Below, one piece after another: positions 14,855-27,000 of a stretch of DNA of 64,000 nucleotides (the first letter of the stretch is position 1; each line of letters begins with the position of its first letter). The notes beneath the pieces are model-generated. The model made no database searches, was not told where the DNA came from, and saw nothing but the letters and a program-made list of their open reading frames with translations. The stretch is taken from assembly GCA_002104905.1 (NCBI GenBank), contig MCFE01000164.1, positions 62,001 to 126,000 on the forward strand, given 5' to 3'. A program made the position numbers and the translations under genes. The DNA comes from Basidiobolus meristosporus CBS 931.73 (taxonomy: Eukaryota; Fungi; Basidiobolomycota).

Positions 14855-15600
14855 TGGATTTAAAAGATCCTATTGGGTAATGATGATGCAAATCAATAAG
14901 TCATTAGCCACAACCTAAACTAAGAGATCCAATTAGTCAGCAATTGCTCTGGCAAAATGTGTATAAGCAGCTGCTGAAACCTCAATAAAGATCAGTTTAT
15001 GTTTTAGTGGATACTGTAGTAGCTACCCTCCCAATAGCTCTACAACTTTTATATCAGGACTTGTAACATTGAGTGCAACAATAATGAGAACCTTCCCAAC
15101 AAAGAACAAGTCTTCTGCAATATGTCATATAATCAGGTATGGAAGAATATTGTGCAGCAAATCTGGGCCCAACAGCAACAATTACTCCAGACTCTCAGCC
15201 ACCAGCAACAAGAAGCACCAACTATGGCCCAGTGCCGGCAAAGCCTTGTCAAGTGCAACTTTGGTGTGTAGGTTAACTGGTACCCTGGCATAGTTGATAA
15301 AACCCTGGAACTTGGATCTTTCAAATTGAAGAAGCTTTCAAGGCTAAAGTAAGCAACATCAGTCTTAACAGCGGATGGGAACTCTCATAAAATCAACTGT
15401 ATTTCTCAGCCAGTAAGAATATATAGAAATGACTATGATATAGAACTACAGGCCTACATATTTGGAAACTGCAAATATGACCTGTTGCTTGGAAAAACAT
15501 GGCTGTTTGACCATAAGCCATCAATCAATTGGAGAGCCCATGCCATTCAAATGCAAGAAGGCAACCAGCCATATGAACCAACACTAGTTGGACTAGATTT
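14855..15600 (+). mobile_element. Second gypsy copy: partial 5' LTR (to 15068), degenerate gag, deleted pol
   Basis: LTR end ggacttgtaaca at 15068. Downstream is homologous to the Gln-rich gag start (12760-12830) and then to 11520-11650. Confidence 0.7.
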
Positions 15601-16025
15601 CAGCTAGGTTGATCCAGTGCACCTGATACAAGTGATCTTTGCAAGATGCAGTTCTCTATAGCACTTAGGGAAGGTCAGCAGTGCGGTTTGGTTGGGAACC
15701 AGACAACTTGGCTTTATTTTTTGGCAGCATATATATGGAAGTGAGTCAAACCAAAGGGAAAACAGTGTAGCATATACATGTGTATGTGGTGCCATAACTT
15801 TATTTTTAATGCTTACTATGGCAGGTCATCATTGAATTTTACATTCATGTAGGTGCAATGTTGCAAACACAAGACTTTCTTAAATTCACAAGAGTATTGA
15901 CAGAAAAGTGATATAATAGTATTATGTTGCTCAGTGCTAAACTCTTTGCACCATGGACAAGACTTCTTTGATTCAGCACTATGAGAGAAGAGAAAAAAGA
16001 CCATGTGGCTATTGTAGTAAGCCTC
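15600..16025 (-). repeat. Fragment of the repeated orphan block (5' part)
   Basis: Reverse complement matches 20645-21000 and 130-440 (cattgcacctacatgaatgtaa; gactcacttccatatatatgctg). Confidence 0.75.
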
Positions 16026-16149
16026 TCTCCCTATGATAAATAATATGGTCCTGCAGGTTGCTCCAATTTGAGTCAGCCATCAAGATCCTTCCAGGGGACC
16101 ACTTTAAGACCAGCAGCTTGCAATTAATGAACATCCACACAATCTTGTA

Positions 16150-16480
16150 ATGGGATCACAGTAGTGTTTTGCTAATTTGCAGCCAAATAAATCTGATAAA
16201 ATATAATGGTGTTTGTACAGTGTTTTGCCAAAGGTGGCATGGGATTGTTGCGGTCTTAGTGCACTTTACAACAATTTGGGTGGATCTAACCAGCCAGTAC
16301 ATCCAATTGCCTTATATGGCAAAAAACTGGAAAGTGTTTTGATGGCCTCTTTGCAAGCCTCTGATGGCATTATCATGGCTTTATGGCAGCCTACTGCTAG
16401 TTCCATATAATGCTACTATATCAATTTACCAAATGGTATCTCCTTTTTCTACTTCCCCTTATGCAATTCATATAATACAC
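16150..16480 (-). pseudogene. Copia family-2 RT C-terminal relic
   Basis: Homologous to 8090-8375; PYKAIGC-like motif. Confidence 0.5.
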
Positions 16481-17570
16481 TGTAGGATCACCCCTATTTT
16501 TTGTTTGTGTGAATACTGTATTGAATAATGTAGAAATTGGCTTGTGACCAAGTGAAATCTGGCATGCATATATTTCTAGCAAAAATTAGTTGCTTGTTGC
16601 ACCCAACCCAACTTTGCATTACTTAACTACCTACCTGCACATTGGGGCTGCTTAGCTTCTTAATGCCATTGGCATAGGTGTTTCAATGTGCACATCTGCT
16701 GTCTGTACTTTCCAACTCTTCCTGGCTATCCTCTAGGTGCCAACTTATCACATTTGTGACAGACTTGAAGGTATTATTCTTGATGAGATTGGAATATGGT
16801 AGTACCTGTGATTTGACTCTCTTCCTACCTCCCCATACATCTGCCCCAAAGGAAACTCTTAAAAGGTGAAGCAAGGTCCAATATGTTCAACACACCAAGC
16901 AAGATAGAGTTGCAAAAGGATACTGTGGTGGCAGAGATTTATGTGTTCAGCTTTATATTTGTAGTATAGCTGCTCATATCCTGCCACATACTCTTTGCAC
17001 AAAAGCTATAGATGTGTTAAGTTGGGATTGGTGATCTGCCTCTGAGTAAATATTCCTACAATGTCCACATATGACCCCCAATGCTTTCAGTGTACTCTTG
17101 GTCAAAATAGCTTTAGAAGGCCACTTGAATAAACACATATCCAGGTCATTTTGTTCTTGCATTGGTATGGTTGCACATGTGTATGAGTGTTGATTAGAGC
17201 CCATGAGAAGTACTTAGGATAGCGGATTGTTGTGCTGTATTATGATTAGTGTGGGGCTCCTTCTACAATGTAGAGGCTAATCAATACTATACAACAACTT
17301 CCAGTATGCTAATACTGATATAGTTTATTGGGAGTTAAATATACCAATAGAAGATATAACTTTTACTAATATCCTCAATCTTAGGCTCAAAATATACTAT
17401 AGGCAGTGATTCTCACTTATACAGCAGTGTTCTGACCTTCTGTCAACTATTGGGCTTATTTACTTTTATAGTACCTTTTTCTTACCTGGAAGTCACTTTC
17501 CTTTCTGCAAATTATTTCCTAATATGGAAACTCTGTGCTCCCCTTTAATCTAAAAGGATGTGGTGTAGAA

Positions 17571-17652
17571 GTCTCTAAAGGGGTCTCTAGACTAAAGGGG
17601 TGTCTGAAGGGGTCTTTAGACTAAAGGGGTATCTAAAGGGGTGTCTTTAGAG
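17571..17652 (+). repeat. G-rich minisatellite (~29-bp unit, alternating 17/12-nt subunits with TAAAGGGGT core)
   Basis: taaaggggtctctagac/taaaggggtgtc/tgaaggggtctttagac/taaaggggtatc/taaaggggtgtctttag. Confidence 0.85.
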
Positions 17653-17899
17653 TGAATGGGCTTCTTTGAGGGGACTTTTCCAACAGATAAGTGGTTATTT
17701 TCTTGTAGAACTTAGATTGGATTTTTGTCAGCTTTGCAGTCTCTTTACTGATGTAGTACCAATCAAAGTCAGAATACTCAACAGTGCAAGTTATGCAGGG
17801 TAAGTCTTATTGCCTTTAAGCTTGTAATTGTAGTTTGGAGATTTTGGAAAGAGAGGCTCTCTTTATTTTTCAGCTGGGGAAGTCATATATATAAAAATT

Positions 17900-20640
17900 C
17901 TGAAGGATCAAAGTCTTTGGGCAATTGCACAAGTAATACACCTGGTACAAAGCTAAAATTAGCAGTGGCGCAGATTGGATGTAGGTGCAGCACCTGTGAA
18001 AACTTCATATGATTTGATTGGCTGGCTAGTGCTTTACATGCAATCAAAGTCACCATAGTTATCCCAACAGTGGAGGCCTAGTATATATAATAACTGGACT
18101 CTTTTGGTCATAACTCCTTAAGTACTGCTTCAAATGAGCAGTGATTTGAAACATGTGTTGACTACTGCATTTTCTGTATGACATAATACTCTTGGGTGGA
18201 TTGCTTGTCAGGGTCTGCAGCATTTGTCTTTCAGAGTTGTATATTCCTGATCTTTCACCTGGGTGTTACAATAGCAAAAAGCAAAATACAAAAATGAGTG
18301 CAATATTGGTTTTGAGATATGTAGTAATGTAATACTTTCCATTACCGCAGGATACTCTGTATATCTTGCCAATTCTTTCAAATTTCTCTGGTATCTCAAA
18401 GGGTTCATATAGGTTGAAATGCCTCATGTACAACTTGGTCATCAGTATGGGAATAATATTCAAAAGCAATTGCATTGCCCCTAGTGGAAAGCTTTTGCTC
18501 CAACAGATACCCTCTATCTCAAGTATTAAAGTTTCCAATCAATTCTATATTCTTGCTGATGGCTTATAGCTTGCCAACTTTGCTGCAATTGCATGCATAC
18601 TTTTGTACATTTTCTCTGACAAGAGATGATGCTCTTAGTGTTGTTGTTTGAGTATTAATAATGTGGGTGAGTTATGGATTAAGTCCCCTGTTTCTCACAC
18701 ATTTGACAGCAATACCATCCATTGTGCCCAGAAAAGCCAGCTATCTTGCTGATGGCTGGTGTGTCTCCAAAGCAGATAATGATATGCACTTCTACATGAT
18801 GGCCAGTTACTGTTATCCTGCTGGAAAGCATACAAAATCATCCAGTAATGGATACAGGTAGCTATCCAGGTTGGACAGTGATTTAGGCCCAGATACCATT
18901 GAGACTACCATCAGATTATTGCTTTGATACCATAAGATGGGCAGCAGATTCAGATTGATGAGAGTCAGTGGCCAGCAGGATTTGCTGGTAGAATAGACTT
19001 GTTCCATTGGATAGTGCCACATTGATCCATGAGTGCCAAATGATGCCATAGTGTGCCAGAGAGGTCAAGTGAGCCTATACTTGGCCACAGAGTGTGAAAC
19101 ATAGCTCTGCATCTTCATGTAAAGCAGCCCCTGTGTTTCACCCATTGTGCAGGAGAAAATCCATTATTTGACCTTTTTTTGTGGACCAATGTAGCTCAGA
19201 ATGTGAAAGAGCACAGGAGAACTGAAGATATGCATCTGGTACTCAATACCCATGGCACTCTGAATCTAGCTCCTGTAGCTTGTATCATGTCACAAAAATG
19301 AATGGCACTATCTTGGTCCACTGGTACTATCTGGCCCTATATTTAAATATTAGCCCTAAAGTAAGATCTATACAAAGCACTTATAGTGCCAGATAGTACC
19401 AGTGGACCAAGATAGTGCCATTCATTTTTGTGACATTTATACAAGCTACAGAAGCTAGATTCAGAGTGCCATGGGTGTTGAGTACCAGATGCATATCTTC
19501 AATCTGCTTGTGCTCAAACACATCCTGCACAACATTGATCCAAAAAAAAGGTCAAAAAATGGATTTTCTCCAACACAATGGGTGAAATACAGGGGCTGCT
19601 TTGCATGAAGATGCAGAGCTATGTTTCACACTCTGTGGCCAGGTAGAGGCTCACTTGGCCTCTCTGGCACACTATGGCATCATTTGGCACTCATGGCTCA
19701 ATGTGGCACTATCCAATGGAACAAGTCTAATACTTGTTTAATGAGAATCCATCAAGTGCTAAGGCAAAGGCATGGTCATACATACCTTCAACATAGCCCT
19801 TGCTTCTGAGCTGTTTGTAATGTTTGTCATCAAATATATCTGATATGTTTGCACTTGATTGATACTGAGTGAGGTACTTTATAGCTTTGCTATATTTGAC
19901 AGACTGCATGAGCTTCTTTATATGGAGTATTACTGGAATATATCTGGAATGTGAACAATGTTTTCCCCCAATAATGGTGGATTCCTGCAAGTTGTTTACC
20001 TTGCAATAGTGGCATTTTCTGATGTGAAAACCATATAACTATTAATACATGCTGGTATCCAGGCAGTCTCTGGGTCATATGTTGCCAGCTGCAGGAAGGT
20101 TTTCAATTTTTACCATGTACGTGGTAAGTTGCATCCTGAAATGATTTTGGCAAGAGGTAGTAGTATATCCTTAAAACCCCCATTACTGATATTAGTGGAG
20201 ATGCACCACTTCTCTAGTTATAATCTCACATCATTCACCAGTGGATGGATTACTGGGCTCACATGACTCTATAAAGTATTTATGGCATTTTTTTCCGCAG
20301 GTGTTGGCTCATTGCATAGTGGGATCTTGCTGGGCTCATGCAGTCTACTGTTGTTAGGGGAGATAGACTCACAATCCATCAGTGAGCCTACTTCTTCAGA
20401 GCTATCACTCTGCATGCCATATTTAGAAGGCTAGGGTGAGCCCAAAGGCATCACAATCTCTCCTGACTCAGCTTGTGCAAGGTGACAAATATGGCAAGAT
20501 GCCATAATAGAGTATAGAGTGGCCAACAAGATATTGTTGGTACAGTAGTGACTGGTGAATGGTCAAATATGACTTGTGTAGCAAAACACTGGCTGTGACT
20601 CTTGTAATAGTTCCTATGCTGCCCACATGCTATATGGCTG
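17900..20640 (-). mobile_element. Degenerate CACTA/EnSpm (Tnp2/Transposase_21-type) transposase, interrupted by a foldback element
   Basis: SDIFDDKHYKQL…ALALDGFSLNKY joins YSTSKSCWPLTLINLNL…SGPKSLSNLDSYLYPL once 18995-19731 is removed. These are characteristic Tnp2 motifs. Confidence 0.8.
18995..19728. mobile_element. Foldback/MITE-like non-autonomous DNA element, copy 1
   Basis: Termini AGACTTGTTCC…GGAACAAGTCT. Inverted arms ~18995-19341 and ~19382-19728 around a ~40-nt spacer. AAT duplicated at 18992-18994 and 19729-19731. Confidence 0.9.
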
Positions 20641-20644
20641 AGCC

Positions 20645-23330
20645 GCTTACTACAATAGCCTCATGGTCTTTTTTCTCTTCTCTTATGGCATTGAATCTAA
20701 GTAGTCTTGTCCATGAGGCAAACAACTTGACGCTCAACATTGTAATGCTATTATATCACTTTTTTTGTTAATACTCTTGTGAATTTAAGACAGTCTTGTA
20801 TTTGAGGCATTGCACCTACATGAATGTAAGATTCTATGAAGACCTACTATAGCAAGCATTATAAATAAAGTAGAGGCACCACATACACATGTATATGTAA
20901 CACCATTTCCCCTTTGGTTAGACTCACTTCCATATATATGCTGTCAAAAAATAAAGCAAAGTTATCTGGTTCCCAACTAAAGCGTATTGCTGACGGCAGC
21001 AGAAGAACAGTTGGACAACAGCTTGCCTTAACATTCAGTGCAACAAGCAGTACTACAGCCAAAAAAGGCCCTGTGGACAGTCTGTGCATTGAAGGGAATA
21101 ATGCAAGCTCCTCAGGCTCTCAGTCAAGTACGCAACTGGGAATCTCTGCAGTACCACTAGCTGACCACATTGCTGAGGGAGATAGTAATGTAGCAAAAGC
21201 ACTACCTTCAGTTGAATACAAGCAAGTGGCAGTCATTACACCACCACCACATATATTAGCAAGTATGTTGTCAGCTCATACCAAGGTGTTAATGATGCAA
21301 TTAGGTGCAGTGGCTGATGGGATAAGTGCAATGGCCCAGAGAAATCAGGAAATAGACCAGAAGCAGGATGAGCAGATTAAAGGTGCAGAACAATCAGTAT
21401 CCCAGGTAGAGAAAGTCATATCTTTGCTACAAAGAAGGAACTCCAGTAGCTCAATGACACAGCCAAAAATTGAGCCATTTCCTGATGTAACAGCAGAGGA
21501 GTACCATACAATCTTTGAAGCACAACAACAGTGCCCAAGGATAAAGCCCACAGAATAACCTACCGCAGCATGGGAGGGAGAAGATGTAGTGCTTATACCA
21601 AAGCCTAAAATCAAGAGACATTGATGATTTGTGAAGCTGTTAAGTACAATAATGAAGGGTGGGCTAATATTAAAGAGGCCATTAGAAGTCTAGCATGCCA
21701 ACACCTCAAGGCCTGCATACCACAGGGCCATCTGGAATTCAAGGCCAAGCAGAATGTGCTTGACTTGCTCCATGAGCATTATCCTGTATTCAAACAAGCA
21801 AATCAATTATGGGCCAGCATTGGAATACTAAGAAAGTATCTCAAGTATAGCAGAAACTATCAATGGCAGAAGAACAAGGGGCAATGGTTAAAAAGCAGCA
21901 GCTTCCTCAAGTGCCTGTTACAAGCAGGGCCAATAGCTCCAAACAAGCATCAAACAGGCATAAGGTAGCTGGAAGAGTGCCAATAAGGGAAAAGCAGGCA
22001 GACGCAAATGCACCAGCAAAACATTTACAAAGGAAAAAGCATAGTTCTACTCAAGAAGAACTCAGTCAAAGTACCAGTCAAGGACCTGGCAGTGATAAAA
22101 ACAAGTGGCTACCTCAGGAGCCTGTCACAACATGGGCTGAGAGCTTGAAGCAAACAGGAAAGAAGCATCAGGTTGCCTGCAGAGTGTCAGCAAGGGACAA
22201 GCAGGCCAATACAGATGCATCAGAGCAGCATTTATCAAGGTGAATATGTAGCTCAATACAGGAATCACTCAGATAAAGTAGCTGTGAAAGACCTGGCAGT
22301 AATAATGCAGAAGGTAAGGGGAAAAAGTCTACTCAAGCCAGAGACAGGGAAGCATGAGAAAAAAGCTTCAGTCCTTGCCAATTAATACCATAGGCCTGGT
22401 ACAGACTGAATCCCATTGTAGCCAAGAAGAATTACCAGCAAGAAAACAGATGTATTTGCAAGAGCTGGAAGTACAGCCAGTTGAGCTATACTCTGGTGAG
22501 GAAAATGAGTTTGCAGCAAAGGCTATTCATCTGCCACAGCCTCAATGTCCTCCATTATTGACAGAGTGGAGATCCTACTTCAGACAAAGTAATAACGTCA
22601 ATAACTCAAAAGGTTATCACAATACCTTAGGTGGAATTTTGGAACATTAACAGGCACATCAAGAGGTTGCAGCACTTCTTCAAAAGTAGTGCTCAAGAAA
22701 AGGCCCTTGAATATTGCAAGGATTTATTCCAAAGACTGGCAGATGAGGTGCTAGACCTTGCAGTGCTGGCTGAAGACCAGGATGTATGGGAACAAGGGAA
22801 TGAACAATAGCATAAAGCCATATGGTTCCTGCCAAAGTTGTGGAAACAGAGCATTACAGAAGAAATACTTACTGAGTGGTGGATTTAGATGGAGTTACTT
22901 GTTGACCATGGGGTTGGGCTTAATGTTAATGGAGGGTATAAGGACTTGTATAGGTCAATACAATTGGCAATTGAGGTACAACTGAAGTTTCAACAGAAAT
23001 AAGTCAATTTGTGTGCATCAAAAATAAGCAAAATGTTTGAGTTAGGAAGTAAGGAGTATGAAAAAGAGGCAATAGCCAACATATGCATACAAACATAGGA
23101 GGTGATAGAGTGTTCAGGATCTGAAAGTGATAAAACTGGCAGAGAACCAATCAAATGCCACTTTTGTATTGTTATGATGAAAAGTTTTCACTAAGTTTTT
23201 ATGATATCTGGGGTGCACTTATTTTGACAGTCTTTGTACAGTGTCCTGATCAAATCAGTACCTCTAAGTCACAGGACTTAGAATCTGTGATGGCCTTTTG
23301 ATGGGATCATCATAATAATTTTTCATTGGG
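20645..23330 (+). mobile_element. Repeated orphan block (copy 2) with the longest ORF remnants (20914-21558, 21621-21968, 21863-22243)
   Basis: Collinear with 130-2750. Contains an internal ~206-bp direct repeat (HKVAGRVP/HQVACRVS). No recognisable catalytic motif. Confidence 0.7.
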
Positions 23331-23332
23331 TC

Positions 23333-24097
23333 AGCCATGAAGCACACAGACAGCATGGGAGGTATTACTAGGATCACAGCCAGTATTTTGCCACACAGGT
23401 CATATTTGACCATTCACCAGTCACTACTGTACCAACAATATCTTGCTGGCCACTAGATACCTCTGTAACAGCACCTAGCTACACTTGTCACCTTGTGTAA
23501 ACTGAGTCAGGTGAGTTTGTGACACCTTTAGGCATACCCCAGCCTTCTGAATATGGCATGCAGAGTGATAGCTCTGGAAAAGCTGGCTTACTGATAGAAT
23601 GTGAGCCTATCTTCCCTAACAACAGTACCCTGCATGAGCCCAGCAAAATCCTATTATTCAGTAAGACAACACCTGTGGAAAAAACAGCCATGGATACTTT
23701 ATGGAGTCAAGTAAGCCCGGTAATCCATCTGCTGGTGAATGATGGGATATTGTGGCTAGGGAAGTGATGTGTTTCCACTAATATCAGTAATGGGGAGCTC
23801 TGAGGATTTATTACTACTTCTTGCCAAAATCATCCTGGGATTCAGCTTATCATATACATGGTATAAATGGACAACCATCATGTGCTGGCAACATATGACC
23901 CAGAGACTGTCCTGATACCAGCATGTGTTAACAGTTGCAAAGCATTCACATCAGAAAATGCCATCATTGCAAGGTGTCCAACTTGTCAAGAATCCACCAC
24001 CATATGAGGAAAACATCATTCACACTCCAGACATATTCAAATAATACCCCATCTAAAGAAGCTCATGCAGTCCAATACATATTGTGAAGCTATAAAG
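23333..24097 (+). pseudogene. 5' fragment of a Tnp2-type transposase, cut by a copia insertion
   Basis: Reverse-complement homolog of ~19850-20640 (CVNSCKAFTSENAIIARCPTC). Ends abruptly at the copia LTR start 24098. Confidence 0.75.
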
Positions 24098-27000
24098 TGT
24101 TGTAAAAATTTGTAATTCCACCAAAATACTCACTCAACTTATTCACTTAGATCATTACTTTGAATCCTAGAGAATACTGATCAAATTCCTTGTTGGGATT
24201 TACTTAGAATATTTCCACCAAAATACTATGTGCCCAAAACATGAAAATTCTCAAAGTTATCCAAACAGCCCCAAACTTTGCACACATGTTCTTGGGACTT
24301 TTCTTGACCTGTTTCAAGTGTTAGGTATGCCAAGACCTTGTAAAAGTATAAATACTACTTTTACATTCAATAATTCATTAGGTGAAAACCACATTATCTA
24401 TTTGTCCTCCCAATCACTTCCAATTTCTCTAAGACTCTTACAATAGGTTATGAGCCCCAAGTTGCCACTCTCTGCAATGTCTACTACTGCTATTACTGGA
24501 ATATTTCCCTCTGCTGAAAAGTTGGATGGATCTAACTACCAAGTGTGGAAGGTGAAGATGAAGATGCTGCCACAAGAAAGAGACATTTGGGATATTGTCA
24601 TGGGAGAAGAATACCCTCCTATAAATCAGGGACAGGAAGCCTTAAAGCACCAGAAGAAAGAATAAATGCCTTTAACTGCATTTACCTTTATGTTAAAGAC
24701 TAATTGCTAATTCAATGCTCAAGAGCAAAAATGGCAAAGAATGCCTGGAAGGCATTGAAAGACATCTATCAGTCATATTCAGCTGCTAAGAAAATAGACT
24801 TGTTCTGTTGGATAGTGCCACATTGAGCCATGGGTGCCAAATAGTGCCATTATATGCCAGAAAGGCATAGCAGATCTAAACTTGGCCAGAGAGTGTGAAA
24901 CATGACTCTTCATCTTCATGCAAAGCAGCCCCTGTGTTTCACCCATTGTGCTGGAGAAAATCCATTTTTTGATCTTTTTTTTGGAGCAACATTGTTCAGG
25001 ATGTGTGAGAGCACAGAAGGACTGAAGACATGCATCTGATACTTGGTACCCATAGCACTCTGAATCTAGCTCCTGTGGCTTGTATCATGTCACAAAAATG
25101 CATGGCACTATTGTGATCCACTGGTACTATCTGGCACTACAAGTGCTTTACATAGGTTTTACTTTAGGGCTAATATTCAAATATAGTACCTGATAGTACC
25201 AGTGGAGCAAGATAGTTCCATGCATTTTTGTGACATGATACCAGCCACAGGAGCTAGATTCAGAGTGCCATGGGTATTGAGTATCAGATGCATGTCTTTA
25301 ATCTTTTTGTGCTCTTGCACATCCTGCACATCATTGATCCAAAAAAAAGGTCAAAAAATGGATTTTCTCCAGCATAATGGGTGAAACACAGGGGCTGCTT
25401 TGCATGAATATGCAGAGCCATGTTTCACACTCTGTGGCCAAGTATAGGCTCACCTGGCCTCCTTGGCACTCATGGCTCAATGTGGCACTATCCAACGGAG
25501 CAAGTCTAATGTATCTGAGACAAAAATTCCTTACTACAAAGATGCAGACAGGAGAATCAATGAAAAATCTAATTTATAGAGTTACCCTGATGATAGATGA
25601 GATGGAACCTGTGGGCATACCAGCCACTGATGAGGATGTGATAGTTACCATCCTGAATAGCCTGACAGACAGGTTTCAGGGCCTTGTATCAGCCCTAGAG
25701 TCCACATCTGAATATTTGACCTTAAATTCCATATATGGAAGGCTCCTGAATGGAGAATCAAGAAAATCAAGCACCAATCATAAGGAAGAAGAAAATGCTT
25801 TAATAAGCAATGATAACCAATAAAGGAGGTACCCAAGACCCTACAAAGGCAACAGCAACCTGTTGTGCAACTACTGCAAAAGAAAAGGATACACATTAGA
25901 CTGGTGTCCCAAAAAGAGAGATAATCAGCAAAAGAAGCTTGAATATAGAAATGCTGCAACAACTGAAGATGGACTATTCATATCTGCACTGAATATGACC
26001 ACAAGCAATGATTTTCAGGCATAGTATATTGACTCTGGAGCATCTCAATGCTTTACACACCAAAAAGTACTTTTTACCCAACATCCAGAAATTCCAATTA
26101 AGAAGGTTTGCATAGGTGACAATAGAACACTTGATGCAGTGAGGGAAGGAGCTATCCAAGTGAACCTTAGAAGCAGTGAAAGAAGCCATGCACTGACCTT
26201 AAAAGAAATACTCTATGTACCAGAAATAGCCAAGAACCTACTATCTGTAAGTAAGGCCACAGAAATAGGACTCAGTTTCAGCTTTGATAATTCTGGATGC
26301 AAGATAACTGATCAAAATGGTGCCCATATTGCTTTGGGTATCAGATATCAGAATCTATACAAGTTGACTTATATTCCATCATATCTGGAAGCCAGTATAA
26401 GTAACTTAAGTGAAGAAACACCAATTCTTTGGCACAGGAGATTTGGATACATCAATTTTGATAATTTGGGAAAATGATCAAAGATCAGCTAATTTCTGGA
26501 GTAAAAATTGATCCCCCAGCTAGTTTGGAGCAAAGCCTGCATATATGGGAAACATGCAGACAACTGTTCAAGAGCTCTGGGCTAATCAAAACTAAGAAAA
26601 AATTAAATATAATTCACTCAGTTCTGTGTGGACCTATGCAAAATTTATCCTTAGGTGGGATGAAGTACTTAATCACCTTTATTGTGGATTATACAAGATA
26701 CACATAGGTCTACTTCATGGAGAGAAAGGAAGAAGCTCTGTCTAAGCTTAAGGAGTGCAATGCCACAATGGAGAGAGAAACTGGTGGAAAAATCAAGAAA
26801 ATATGCTCTGACAATGGTGGAGAACATACCTCAAAACTCTTCATCAACTACTGCAAAACTCATAGGATAAAGCAAGACACTAGTGTACCATACTCCCCAC
26901 AGCAAGATGAAGTAGCAGAATATGTAAACAGATCAATAGTTGATATGGCAAGATCTATGATCCATGATCAAAAATTATCCTATGATTTTTGGGTGGAATC

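Noticed and set aside
17571-17652. Direct repeats considered as a CRISPR array
   Set aside because: The context is eukaryotic, and there are no unique spacers and no cas genes.
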